A stretch of 64,000 bases of DNA from Gekko japonicus (Eukaryota): positions 616,338 through 680,337 of the forward strand of contig NW_015165855.1 of the NCBI RefSeq assembly GCF_001447785.1, read 5' to 3'. Shown here one piece after another: positions 12,113 to 24,487 of the stretch. The notes below the pieces were generated by a model. That model was not told where the DNA came from and did no database searches. It worked only from the letters and a program-made list of their open reading frames with translations. A program made the translations under genes and the position numbers. Numbering within the stretch: position 1 is the first letter of the stretch; each line of letters starts with the position of its first letter.

Positions 12113-12902
12113 GGCCCCGGTCATACGGGCCAGAAAATGTGGGGGGGGGGAGTGTGGCTGTTTGCCCCAGAGGAAAATAACACACGGTTGCACGATCAGA
12201 CGTCCCTTCGAGGTCCCGTGGAGGTCCCGTGGTTAGGGGGCAGGTGCCGATCACACGATGATCCTGCAGCACGGCAAAGAAGCGGTGCGGCGCAATCACA
12301 CCAGCAATCGCTAGGCGCCGCTTCTGTGGCAAACGGGATGGATTTTTTTTAAACTGAAGTTTGTGCATATGCATGACTGAGCAATCGTATCTGCACATCT
12401 GAAGGCGGGTGGTGGGCTGACCGGAGAGGGCGACAGATGCTTCCGGACCCCAACAGAGCTCCGAGGCATAGGCAATGGAGGGGGAGGTGGGCCCCCTCGT
12501 CACAGCCGCTCTAACCACCTGCGCGACAGTGGCCATAGCGACCCTCCAGAGGCAGCAAGCCTGGCTGCAGTGGGAGGGGGCCTCTTTGTGTGCATGCGCC
12601 GTTGGGCGCTTGTGCGCATCCTGTGGAGACTTGGGGGAAAAAACCTGTTCGCGACAGGACATGGGCGGGTGCTGGATGCCACGGGATTCCACCGGAAACG
12701 CGATCAGGCGCCCGCCCTTGCCCCGCGGTTTCAGGAAACTAGTACCTCGGAGGTACTAGTTTTTACCCCGCATCTTCAGCGGGAAGCCTCGGGTTCGGCA
12801 CAGGAGCTCTACGCTTCCCAGATGTGGCGCTGTGATCGCACCCGGAAAATCCGCCTTTCTTCTGTCTCTGTAGCGTGGCTAATGCTCCGTGTGACCGCAG
12901 CC
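12113..12902. mobile_element. PIF/Harbinger-like non-autonomous element, family 1 (intact)
   Basis: TIRs GGCCCCGGTCATACGG / CCGTGTGACCGCAGCC; 3-bp TSD TAG; internal perfect hairpin AAACTAGTACCTC-G-GAGGTACTAGTTT at 12736-12762. Confidence 0.85.
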
Positions 12903-13989
12903 TAGGAATGGGTTCACTGTCATTAGATAAGTTTTGTGGTGCACCAGCAGAATCAATGAGGCAGAAATTGTATATCAATAACACAGAAGTTTTTTGGATT
13001 TTTTACAGGTTGATTTCAACAAATGGCTCAGCATCACAGGTCTCCAGATAGTCAGAGAAGAAACCTGGCTGAGGCACATAAACTTAAGCTAGTTATGCCT
13101 TCAGAGTATGGTTTAAATTTTCTTCAATGCTTTCAGGCACAAACAGGCTTTTATTGACTAGTCACTAGGTTGGATCCTCGCACACATACAGGATTCCACC
13201 CACACCAACCTGCAGTTTCCCAAGACTCAGACTAACCTTTAACTGACTAAATACTAACTATCTCAGGAGTGCAAATATAATTCCAACTCACTTTATACAG
13301 AATAACTTTTCCCAATCTTCATCATCAATAGATCCCATCTCCCTCTCTCATTTAGCCTATCATACCTTGCAGGATTGTTCATGAGAATAAATGCAGTGGG
13401 TTGTTTTTTTCCAGAACAGCCATGCTTGTCTAAGCTCTTACATAGATTACAAATTAATGCACCTATTTTTTTACTGAAGGAATACAAGACCATAATATTA
13501 AATACTTTAGCAAATCCTTCAAATGCCAATTTCATGGGCAATCGATATTATTCTATCAATCACCTTACAAAAAACTTTCCCATCATTAGGCATACAGACA
13601 GGAAGATCAGAATTGAACTAAAATATACCAGAAATTTTGTTACAGACAAAATAATTAATCCTCAGTCCCTTGTTAAGGTACTTATCCACTGAAAATCTGT
13701 CAATTTAGTTTTGCGGAATACTGAAAGTAGTACTTTTCAAATCATGATCTGTTGCTATTATAACACTTCATATGGAGCAAGGCTACACCTTCAGAAAAAG
13801 TATGTGGCACAGCTCTCCTGTGACTGTATCACATCAAAACACGGGTGGGTAAGTCTTATATTTCCTGCCAACCTAGCAGTTCGAAAGCAAGAAATTGCAA
13901 GTAGATAAATAGGTACCACTTCGGTGGGAAGGTAACAGCGTTCTGTGCGCCTTGGTGTTTAGTTAGAGCGGGGGTTAAGATAAACAGTG

Positions 13990-14175
13990 CAGTCAAGTTG
14001 CAAAATGGAAAATACCAGGAACAGGCAATGTGATGTGAATGAATGTGCCCTGCCTGAAAAAGTGTGTGTGAGAGAAAATGAAGACCGTGTTAATACTCCT
14101 GGTGGCTTCAAATGTGTCTGCACAGAGGGCTTTGAAGAAAAGGATGGTGCCTGTGCTCCAGTTATAAAAACAGGT
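13990..14175 (+). pseudogene. CRELD2: Fragment encoding a calcium-binding EGF domain, CRELD2-like
   Basis: DVNECALPEKVCVRENEDRVNTPGGFKCVCTEGFEEKDGACAP resembles the CRELD2 C-terminal cbEGF as recalled (DVDECSLAEKTCVRKNENCYNTPGSYVCVCPDGFEETEDACVP). The third Cys is mutated to Arg. Confidence 0.72.
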
Positions 14176-14178
14176 TAA

Positions 14179-14445
14179 TCAGGTTTTCAATAATTTGAAA
14201 GCTGCCATTCCCTTATTGGAGTCTGAATCTTCTAGAGAACTGCCTGAAGAACTTTCACTGCTTCTCGATGTATGTTCAATGTTTTCTTCTGTTACGCTGT
14301 TGTCCTCTGCTCTTCCATCCTTCGCTGTTGTTTGGTGCTGTTCCAAAAATGCCTTTGCTTTTGTAACAGGGTCAATCTTTTGCTTCTTTTCTTTGTAGTT
14401 GAAGATAAGTCCTTCTGGAGTTATCCATCTGTAGGGGGTGGAGTT
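14179..14445 (-). mobile_element. L1 ORF1 C-terminal fragment
   Basis: Minus-strand translation PYRWITPEGLIFNYKEKKQKIDPVTKAKAFLEQH... ends in TGA at 14179-14181; resembles the L1 ORF1p C-terminal domain. Confidence 0.6.
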
Positions 14446-14479
14446 GTTACACTAAGACAGTGTTCAGTTGACAGTTGAG

Positions 14480-14640
14480 ATCTGACGATTCGCCATCTTT
14501 TAATATAAGTTGTATGATTTTATATTGATTGATAGTTTTAATGGAATTTTAATGTATTTTTATATATGTTGTTAGCCACCCTGAGCCTGCTGAATGGCGG
14601 GGAGGGCGGGATATAAATGTAAATATATATATTTAAAAAA
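14480..14640 (+). mobile_element. L2 LINE 3' tail
   Basis: AT-rich UTR then GTTAGCCACCCTGAGCC...GGGAGGGCGGGATATAAAT plus A-rich end; the same tail terminates the L2 copies at 17705 and 27440. Confidence 0.7.
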
Positions 14641-15061
14641 TAGTCATGCCGGCCACATGACCACGGAAATGTCTTCGGACAGCACTGGCTCTTCGGCTTT
14701 GAAACGGAGATGAGCACCGCAACCCTAGAGTCAGATTCGACTGGCTTTCGAGCAAGGGAACCTTTACCTTTACCTTTAAGTCTTATATTAAAATGCCCCC
14801 AAGAATAAAAATGTCCCAGTACTAGGATGTGGGGGAGGATCACAAGCTAAAACACCTTGGTACAAGTTTTTCGTATGGAGGGAAGGAGAATGATTAAATG
14901 TGCAGTTACCCCTTGCCGTAGTACAATCCCAGGGGAATTCATGCGCTTTTCTGAATGTACAGATAGGCTGAGAACATGCACTTCAGATTGGTGGTAGAAT
15001 CTATGTATTGTACCTATAAGGTCTTGTGAGTCTGTTTCTACAGCAGTTTCTCTATCATGAA

Positions 15062-15237
15062 TTTGCCTTATACTGAATCAGACCCTTGGTCTGTCATGGG
15101 CAGTACTGGCTACTCAGACTGGCAGCCGCTCTCTATAACCTACTGCCTGGTCCTTTTAACTGGAGGTGCTGGGAAGTGAACCTGGGACCTTCTGCATGCC
15201 CGGCAGATGCTCTACCACTGAGCCACAGCCCCGCCCC
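15062..15237 (-). mobile_element. tRNA-derived SINE (same family as 6449)
   Basis: Reverse complement GGCTGTGGCTCAGTGGTAGAGCATCTG...GCATGCAGAAGGTCCCAGGTTCA. Confidence 0.75.
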
Positions 15238-15542
15238 ATCCTTATAGTTGGAGAAGGGAGAGATTACCATTTTGAAAAGTCCTTCATTTTCACATACCCC
15301 TTCAACTTTTAGGCTTGTTCCAAATCAAGAAGAATATACTGAGTTCAAACTGGATTATATTCAATAAACATTATGGTAAATCATGATCTGAGAGTCGCAT
15401 GTCCGTAAGTGCTTAGATTTATCAGGTCCCTGCAAGGTGTGTAGGCTCTACTTTTGTAGTGGGGATTCCCGCCTCATTGACACTCTCTCTATCGAAGCCT
15501 CCTTACAAATGGCTGCAGGTGCCCTGTTATATTAGGTAAGAC

Positions 15543-15938
15543 CAGGGCTATTTTTGGGCAGGAACGCACAGAAACGGAGTTCTGGCTGGCTCCCGAGTTG
15601 GCCACGCCCAGCACGAACTCATTAGCATAATAGGCCACACCCAACAGCAGAAACTCATTAGGATTGCCTACATTAGGGGTGTGTGGCCTAACATGCAAAG
15701 GAGTTCCTGCTACAAAAAAAGGCCTGGGTTTTGACAACAAACAAGGTAAACAGAATAAGAAACAAAAGGTGGGTGTGGCTGGATGACCACACTTCTGGTA
15801 ACATGGGGGTGCAGCCTAATGTGCTAATGAGCTGTGCTGTCACGGGTGTGGCCTAATAGGCTAATGAGTTTCTGCTGTTGGGTGTGGCCTATTATGCTAA
15901 TGAGTTCCTGCTGGGCTTTTTCTACAAAAAGAGCCCTG
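15543..15938. mobile_element. hAT-type MITE with internal repeats
   Basis: TIRs CAGGGCTATTTTTG / CAAAAAGAGCCCTG; flanking duplication GTAAGAC; closely similar copy at 54677-55069. Confidence 0.85.
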
Positions 15939-16594
15939 GTAAGACTGAATGTCATGCCAACTGCAGAGCTCAGGGATAGCTTCACCAAAACTTCATATTT
16001 GGACTGCTACTGCTGCTGTGCATCTGGAGTAATACCTAATCTTATTCTGTGGTCAACGGATGCCACTCAGAGAACTCTGGATTACACCTATCTTGAGTAA
16101 ATATCAGCTGCCTGTCAAATCCCACACAATCGTTTTTTGTTGGCCAATCCAGAAATAACGTGTTCTGTTGCCAAATTTCTAGCACTTATGGTTTCTCTAT
16201 GTCATGCTGTATTTTAATGTTTACTGTTTGTCTTTTATTTTGTACTTGTTTTTGACTTTTCTCAAGACCTTTGGCCAGAGGAACATAATAATAGAATGAA
16301 TGGATTTATTATAATATAATGAGATAATTATCTTGCATCCTATTAAGCCTGTACCACTTAACTTGTATGAAAATTATTTTTGCTTAGCTAAGCAGCTGCT
16401 GGATCCACACAGACAAGACTCACTAAGAGTGCAACATTTTTCTGCAAAAGTACAATATTTATAAGTAAGTTTTGTGTTTAACCTTGCACTTGTTGTTAGT
16501 GAAGGACTCTTTCAGATAGACAGCAGGACACTGAACATCCTTTCGTTTCTAGCGCTCTGATGCTATCCTTTTGATGTGTAGATTGCTACTCTTA

Positions 16595-17132
16595 GGGTGC
16601 ATTCAGATGGCTTTTTATCCACGCGAGGCACAGGTGCCTCATGGATTTAAATGTAATGTCTAGACATCAACATCTGGGAAACGTCCGTCTTTCGTGAGCA
16701 TCCCATTTTGCCGTGCTTTGGAGCTGTACTAAAAAGATACTACTTTAAATCTAGAGTTTTTGGTTCCGATGGGCCACTCGCAGACTTTCCCCTGTCTGAT
16801 CGTTCCAGTGCGCAATTAAAAATGGCGCCCGTTTTGGATGGTCTGACGTCAGACCATCCCAAACAGGTGCCATTTTTTTTAAAAAAATCTTGATTCTGCG
16901 CATGCGTGAATAACCAAAGACGCAATATCATGCCTATGTGCATGTCGAAACTTTTGTTTTTTTTAAAATGCATTCGCGGAGGTACTAGTTTTTTACGGCG
17001 TATCTTCAGCGGGAAGCCTCGGGTTCGCCATGGGAGCTCTACGCTTCCCAGATGTTGCGGTTTGATCGCACCCAGAAAATCCGCCTATCTTCCGTCTCTG
17101 TAGCGTGGCTAATGCTCTGTGTGACCGCAGCC
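16595..17132. mobile_element. Chimeric Harbinger-like element (family 2 left arm, family 1 right arm)
   Basis: Left part matches the 36246 element; from about 16977 onward it matches 12748-12902. Termini and flanks (TTA vs AAA) do not match. Confidence 0.75.
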
Positions 17133-17704
17133 AAAGTCATAGAAAAATATATTGACGGTGATCTCCGGAATGTCTTGCCGTTTCGAAGGAAGATCTTCTT
17201 CTGAACAAAGATGTAGGACAAAAACTGTCTCTCAGTAATTCATATCCTCTGGTGACGTTTCACAATCATCAAAGAAGATTTTCAATGTTCATAACAGCTG
17301 TAATGTATAGTAGAACCTGCCATGGGCTAAGATGATTGTAAATGGAGACGTTTATATAATGGACACAAAATGCAAAGGTCTTTAAAGTCTAGAATAAGAC
17401 ACTGTGATAATGCCTGAACAAATCCATCTAACTGAGTCATGTGAAGAGATGCCAGAAGAAGTGAACTTTACATCTGCAGGGCCTGTAAAATGGAGCTCTT
17501 CCACCAGGCCTTCAACTAGAGAGCCGCCCCCAATAATTGCAAGCCCTGTCTTGGAGGCACCAGCAACAACCTGTGCCTGCCACATAAGAAATAGAACAAG
17601 GAGCAGATCAACAGGAAAGGCCATCAGATTGCTGCTGCCATCTCTAAGCAACATCATTACTATTAACAGATTTATTATGCATTAGCACCTCTGATATTTG
17701 GTTG

Positions 17705-18330
17705 TTTTATTATTTATTTATTATTATTTATTATTCAGATTTATATCCCACCCTCCCCAACGGGCTCAGGGCGGCTAACAATAAGGGCACGAAGCCATAA
17801 TAAAACAGTTAAAAGCAGAATAAAACAATACAAAATTACGATACAGTGCTGGTGCTCTGAAAGATCATAGTTCCAAGATGGGTTCTAGAAGATGGACCTA
17901 GAACAACGAAGAAAGTTCCAGGACAACACTGCCCTCCGATCTTCGGCCCAAGGCCATCATGCACCCTGATGGCAGCCCGCACTTTGTGGTAGCGGTGCAG
18001 TGGTGGTACAATGGCAGTGGCAGCTCCTATTGAAAAGCCTAGCAGAAGAGCTCCGTCTTGCAGGTCCTGTGGAACTGCACAAGGTCCCGCAGGGCCTGGA
18101 TCTCCTCTGGGAGCTCATTCCACCAGGTAGGAGCCACCACCGAAAAGGCCCTGGCCCTGGTCACCGCAAGTTTGATGTCCCTGGGGCCTGGGGTAACCAA
18201 AAGATGTTGGGCCCCCGACCGTAGTGCCCTTGGGGGAACATATGGGGAAAGGCGGTCCTTCAGGTATGCCGGACCCTGGCCATAGAGGGCTTTAAAGGTA
18301 AGAACCAGCACTTTGAAGCAAATCCGGTAC
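17705..18330 (-). mobile_element. L2 LINE 3' fragment
   Basis: ORF2 C-terminus LTFKALYGQGPAYLKDRLSPYVPPRALRS...RAFSVVAPTWWNELP plus L2 tail. Confidence 0.88.
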
Positions 18331-18494
18331 GCTATTTTAGAAGGTTTTAGGATAGTTTTAACTGTTATTTAAGTGTTTTAATCCTTCTGTAAGCCACCCT
18401 GAGCACTGAGCACCAGACCACAGTGTCTTATACATCTTAAGAGAAGGCAGAGAGGAAGAATAGAAGCCAATTGGATATGGTAAGGTGCACGTTC

Positions 18495-19500
18495 TGAGGA
18501 GAATGCATCATGACAGCCACATACATACAAAGGCTGCCCACAAATGCTATAGACAATACATCCATAGAACTCTAGCATGGGTATAAGCCTAGTATGCAGT
18601 GCCTACATGTATTTGGAAGCAAGGCTTATGTGTACCTCCCAAAAGAGAAAAGGTCCAAGCTAGATGATAGGGCCACAGGGGATCATGGTAGGCTATTCAG
18701 CTGCCTGAAAGGAAATTCCTACACAAGAACAACAAATGGATGCTTACAGATCTACCTCTGAAGAGGCAACCTATAGGATGCAATGGGTTTTCAAACTAAA
18801 ACACGATGCAGAAGGTGGGATCCAGTACTACAAAGCCAGACTAGTAGCTATAGGATAGTCACAGAATATGGACAGGACTATGATGAAACTTTTGCACCAG
18901 CCTAGACATGAAGACTGCATTCTTGCCTGGAGATCTAGAAGAGGACATTTACATGCAACAACTTCCAGGATTTATAGAGCAAAGCAAAGAAAGGCTTATA
19001 TCCAAACTTCACAAAAGCATACATAGGCTCAAGCAAGCTGCTAGAGCTTGGAACACAAAACTAAATGAGATGCTACTTCAAGCAAACTTCAAGAGAAGTG
19101 AATCTGATCCTTGCCTGTACAAAGATGGCAAATGGACTTACATGTTTACTTACATTGGTGACTTGATTATAGCAAATAAATTCAGATGACAGCAAAGAAA
19201 TACTGAATCGCCTGGACAGATAAATAGAAATCAAGCAACTAGGAAACATCACACACTACCTAGGCATTCAAATACAGAGAGACGATGGAAGTGTTCTCAT
19301 CAACCAAGAGCAAAAGACCAAAGAACTGAAAAAGTACCTGAGGATAGAAGATGCTCATCCTGCACCAACCCCCACAGAAGTACGCTACATAAAACAACAT
19401 GATGACACCAAGGAACTACCTGCTAACAACAGATATTGTGAAGCACTAGGTAAGCTTCTCTACATTAGCACACTAATTAGACATTGCTATTGCAGTAGTA
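18495..19500 (+). mobile_element. Ty1/Copia LTR retrotransposon pol remnant (integrase end and RT)
   Basis: Degenerate HVFGSKAYVYLPKEKRSKLDDRA, WVFKLKH...YKARLVA, DYDETFAP, KTAFLPGDLEEDIYMQQ, LKQAARAWN, SESDPCLY; stops and frameshifts. Confidence 0.88.
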
Positions 19501-19559
19501 ACTTTGTTTCTGCAGCACACACAATCCAGATGAGCTCTGCTGCGCTTATGAGCCCTGAC

Positions 19560-19765
19560 CAATGTTCCCTCTAAGCTGTGGAGTCTTGTGAGCAAAAATT
19601 CTACTTTGTGAGCAACTGGTATTAAAGTTGTGAGCAAGCGATTTGGCTGCTGCATAAATTAGTTTGCTCTGGAGTCATTCTTCTTGAGCTAAGACAAAAA
19701 TGTGTGAGCCTCCGGCTAAAAAACTGTGAGCTAGCTCACGCTAACTCATCTTAGAGGAAACACTG
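19560..19765. mobile_element. hAT-type MITE
   Basis: TIRs CAATGTTCCCTCTAAG / CTTAGAGGAAACACTG; 8-bp TSD GCCCTGAC; second copy at 58457. Confidence 0.88.
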
Positions 19766-20956
19766 GCCCTGACCACTCTGCTAACCAAATAATCCAACAG
19801 CACCAAGAAGCCAAACAGAAACTTTCAAAAAGCTAACCATCTTTTATTGAAAAAATAAATAACTCTTTTAATTAGTAGGATGATAAAAAGTAGAAGCAAG
19901 TACAAGTTAACCCTAAAAGTACTTAAAAAACCCATATGCAAGGAAAATCAAATCTCCTAACATTTCTCAAGCATAATTGAATGTATGAGCTTAAGAGCAA
20001 ATCAGATTTCAAATAATTATTTCACAATGCTGTAGAAAGCTCTGTAAGCCCAGTATACCGGGGGGGGGGGGAGAAAGAGAGAGATATATCACCTGCATTC
20101 TTATGATAATCCTATTGCAGAAGCCTGATCAATTCTCTGTGTGATGCTTTTTATAGATAAGTGACAGCCACTAACTTAGACAAATTATTATAACTTTATC
20201 ATGTGATGATTCTGCAGACAAACTAAGATATATCCGATGCTTGTTATCTGCTCAAGCAAGGTGAACAAGGCTATATTTAGCACTTTACTAGTAATTAAAA
20301 AATGATAGTTCTATTTTTTCCATCAGCTACAATAATTGGTTGTCAAAGATAAAAATCCTGTACTTTTCCTGATTGGCTGCTGAACTTTGTACAACAGCTA
20401 TGAGAAATACATAAGAACATACATGTTTTGCATGCATATCATGACAATAATATACTTATTAAACACCTGAAGATGAATGTGTGGACTTATTCTGCTTAAG
20501 AGCACTTTGTCTGTCTGTTCTATCTTAGCTGGCTTATCAATGTATGGAAGTCATGTGAAGCAGGCAATATGGGAACTTTGCAATAATTAAGTACTGAACA
20601 ATCACATGGGAACATGTATAAAATTTCTCATTAACACATTTTCCATTTCCATGCTTTTTCTTCGTGTTTAAAAGTAATGTCCAATATAATGCACTGCCAC
20701 AGTTCTAAAAGTAATTCTCTCACATTAAAACTTTGGTCTGCAAAACGTGTAACAGTAAAAGGTGTACAGGGGAAGTATCTGGAATAAATATTTTGAAGCT
20801 TCTTGGAAGTAGATACAAAATCCAAGATAAACTACAATCTATATAATCCCCAACAGACTTCACCTACACTGAGAAACCACTGACAGGCTATGCATGCTTT
20901 TATCTCAAGCGTAGTAAAAGATAATGGGATCTGCAATGCAAATAATTCCAGCTTAC

Positions 20957-23377
20957 CTTGCCACCATTCTCCACCTCAGAATTTAAATTGTTTTGTTCAT
21001 TGCCTGTCAAAGGTGCACCAGGTCTGTTGGAACAAAGAAAGTTGTCTGCAATCTGAACACCAGGTGTCAGGAAAGTAAACTCATTCTTCCTGGATTCTGA
21101 GGAAAGACATAGCTGGTAGGAATATGGCAAAGTCCCATCTTCAAAATTTGGTGGAAAGATGGCACCAGCATTTGAGTGGGTAATAGGACCAAAGCACTGT
21201 AGGAATTTGGGATTTCCTGATTTTCTAAGCTTCATCAGAATGGCAAGAATCACCGTCAAGAGGAACAAGAATGACATCAAAGCCAAGGCCAGCACCAAAT
21301 AAAACTGCAGGTCAGACTGATAGTCAGGGCTGCTGGACTGGTTTTTCATTTCTGGAAGGGCCTCCTGAAAGTTCTCAGCAAACACCAGGTTCAGTGTCAC
21401 AGTGGCTGAGAGAGATGGCTGCCCATTATCCCTCACCAAAATGCCCAGTTTCTGTTTTGCAGCATCCTTTTCCACAAAGGCCCTTGCTGTCCTGATTTCT
21501 CCAGTGTGAGAACCAACAGTGAAGAATCCTGGTTCAGTGGCTTGAATGACATGGTAGGAAAGCCAGGCGTTGTGTCCAGAATCAGCATCCACGGCCACCA
21601 CCTTTGTGACCAGATATCCTGCCTCAGCAGAACGAGGTACCATCTCAAACAAGGCTGAGCCCCTGGCTTCTTGTGAAGGGGATAGTATCTGTGGGGTGTT
21701 GTCATTCCGATCCAAAATGAACACCCTCACTGTGACATTGCTGCTGAGAGGGGGAGAACCACCATCTTGGGCCTTCACTTGAAGCTCGATCTCTCTGAAC
21801 TGTTCATAGTCAAAGGACCTCTGGGCATAGAGAGCTCCAGTCTCAGAGTTAATGGAGATATATGAAGAGATGGGGAGCTCCTTGATGTTGCTGTGGAGGA
21901 TGGAATAAGTGATTTGTGAGTTTTGGTCCATGTCTGGGTCCAAGGCTTTGACAGTGAAAATGGAAGTACCAGAAGGGTTGTTTTCTAGCACATAAATGGC
22001 ATAGGAAGATTTCTCAAAAGTGGGGGAATTGTCATTGATATCAGAAATCTTTACTGATATTATTTTTTGTGTGGAGAGAGAGGGGATCCCTTTGTCAACT
22101 GCTATGACTGTAATATTATATTCAGAATTTTTTTCTCGGTCTAAAGGACTATCTGTCTGGAGCTTGTAGTAATTGTTAGAAGATGGAAGAATGTTAAAGG
22201 GCAAATCGTTTTGTAGTGTGCATGTAACTTCTCCATTTCCACTTGTATCTCTGTCATGTACATTGATCAGAGCAATTAAGGTTCCAGGCAAGGAATCTTC
22301 AGGAACTGGACTGAACAGAGAGACGAGATTCACTTCTGGGGAGTTATCATTCTCATCAACAACCCTTATTTCAACTTTGCACTGTGTCTCTAATCCGCCC
22401 CCATCTTTCGCTGCTACTGTCATGATGTATTCTTCAGTTTCCTCAAAATCCAATGCCCCTGTAAGAATAATTGAGCCATTGGTTGCATCCAGGCGGAATT
22501 TCTTGTTAGCATTCACCGGGACATTGTTGAAATGATACTTGATCTGGGCATTGGAACCTTCATCACTGTCAGTAGCAAGAACGTTGAGTAGAAGGGAGTT
22601 AATGGGAGCATTTTCTCTCACACTGGCCCTGTAGACCTCTTGAGTGAAGATGGGCGGGTTGTCATTGGCGTCAGTGATACTGATGCACACTTCTGCAGTA
22701 CCAGTTTTTCTTGGCTCACCCCCATCTACAGATATAAGAACCAAGCAGAAGGCCTGTTCCCTTTCTCGATCCAGTGGTTTCTGCAGAACCAAATCTGCAA
22801 ATTTATTTCCATCTTGACTCTCTTTAACTTCCAAAGTGAAATACTGGTTGGGACTGAGCTGGTAGTTCTGGACAGAATTCATCCCAATGTCAGGATCTTC
22901 AGCTTTCCCAAGTAGAAATCTGGTCCCTGGCAAACTGGATTCAATAATTTCTAAGTTGATCTTGCTTTCTAAAAAATGTGGTGTGTTATCATTAATATCT
23001 TGAATGGCTACAGTTATATGGAAAACATTCAAAGGATTTTCAACTACTGCTTCAAAATTCACAAAACAAAGTGGGTTTTTACCACAAATACCCTCCCTGT
23101 CTATTCTGTCATTTACACAGAGGTTTCCATTCTCTGCATTGATACTGAAATATTGTACTTTAGACATAGCTACAGCATGCAGTTTGCTCTTTGCTAGTTC
23201 TCTGGCGTCTAATCCCAAATCCTTGGCGAGATCCCCTACAATTGATCCCTTTGGCATCTCTTCGGGGATTGAATAACGAATCTGTTCTGAAGCAGCCCAG
23301 CAGCACAAAGACAATAGTGAAAGAAGCAGTACTTGCCTTCTGAGTATCCAACAATCCCCTTCATGCCTTTTGTCCAT
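20957..23377 (-). CDS. PCDHGB: Protocadherin gamma-B-like variable exon
   Basis: 825-aa ORF, 6 EC repeats, gB motifs; donor AAG|GTAAGC at 20957. Confidence 0.96.
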
Positions 23378-23594
23378 CTTGCTCTGTAAAAACAGTTTCT
23401 TCTTCTGTATGTTTTGAAGAGGACTATCACCAGAACAAAAAGAATCTTAATAAGGAAGAAAAAGCGTCTCCTTTTTCTTAATCTGTACAACCGGAAGAAT
23501 ATCGTCCTTTTCAGCAAGACTACTGTTTGTGGTCTGTTTTTTTTCCCCTGTAGCTGTACAGCATTAAGGGAGGTACTTGTGGACATCCACCTAG

Positions 23595-23637
23595 GTTGAC
23601 CAACAGTGACACTATGAGGCTCAGACAGAGAACTGCA
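23595..23637 (-). promoter_or_regulatory. Pcdh CSE/CTCF element (CACT variant, CCAAT degenerate)
   Basis: GTTGACCAACAGTGACACTATGAGG...AACTGCA, 218 bp from the ATG. Confidence 0.78.
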
Positions 23638-24487
23638 AGTTTGAAACGGAGACTTTATGTGGATATGTGAGCTTGTGGGTTTGTTAAAAACAAACAGGTA
23701 TTAAAAGTGTGAGTATGAAAATATGGAGATTACACACCTTCATTAAACCTTTCAACAGAGGAAGTGTAGAAATTGAGCTAGAACAGTGAAACAGTAAAAT
23801 GAGAAAAGTATGTGTTTCTTACATTACCATATTGCGTACTTTGTTTGTATTTTCCTACTTCCTTCTGCCTGCAATACATAGTTAAGACTACCTCCATCTC
23901 AGATCTCCCACCAATATTTTGCTGATACCTGAATTGGTGCTTAGATAAACACTGGCTTTCTTTATAGAGCTGGGGGGGGATGCTTAATCCTATAGTTTTG
24001 TACAGTTGCTATAATTTTTATTTCTTTTCTTTTAGAAATCAACCTTTCCACCAAACTAAAAAACTCTATTGCATTTTTACTTTCTAATTTTATACTGGAA
24101 ATACCAGTACTATACACTACACAGTGAAATGATGCATACTGAAGAGTAAAAGAATGGGAAACAATCCCAAATTACTTACTAACAATTTTTAAGATTTCCA
24201 GCTAAATGTAGAGAGTATAACACAGCACTGCTATTATACTTCATTCGGATATGCAGGGCTGTCACTGAAAAGCACAGCCCTGTTTATGTTCTGGTTTCCT
24301 CCTCTAATAACATAGATAACATATGTGAGGTGATGTCATTCCTTCTTAGGTCCCACCCCCGATACACGCATACACCATTCCATTGGCTGCTGTTTGCAAG
24401 ACTGAGCACACTCAGACATGTGATAACACAGATTATGCTTTACTCATATTACAAGAGAAAAAGAGATGGGGCTATTGCTTTGTTAAA

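Larger units (their letters stand above)
13863..14776 (+). mobile_element. 5'-truncated Sauria SINE split by an insert at 13964-14640
   Basis: Both halves match the intact copies at 26541 and 47736; (ACCTTT)n tail; 13-bp TSD TAAGTCTTATATT at 13850-13862 and 14777-14789. Confidence 0.88.

Noticed and set aside
12093-12984. Overlapping ORFs up to 199 aa in a GC-rich segment
   Set aside because: Inside a non-autonomous MITE; no transposase or other domain motifs, and frames are not conserved in the second copy.
15600-15910. Short repeated units resembling a CRISPR-like array
   Set aside because: Eukaryotic context; inverted subterminal repeats within a TIR element, with no unique spacers.
17140-17690. 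93-aa ORF and coding-looking sequence as a possible lost Pcdh exon
   Set aside because: No cadherin motifs or CSE; could not be assigned, probably decayed TE.
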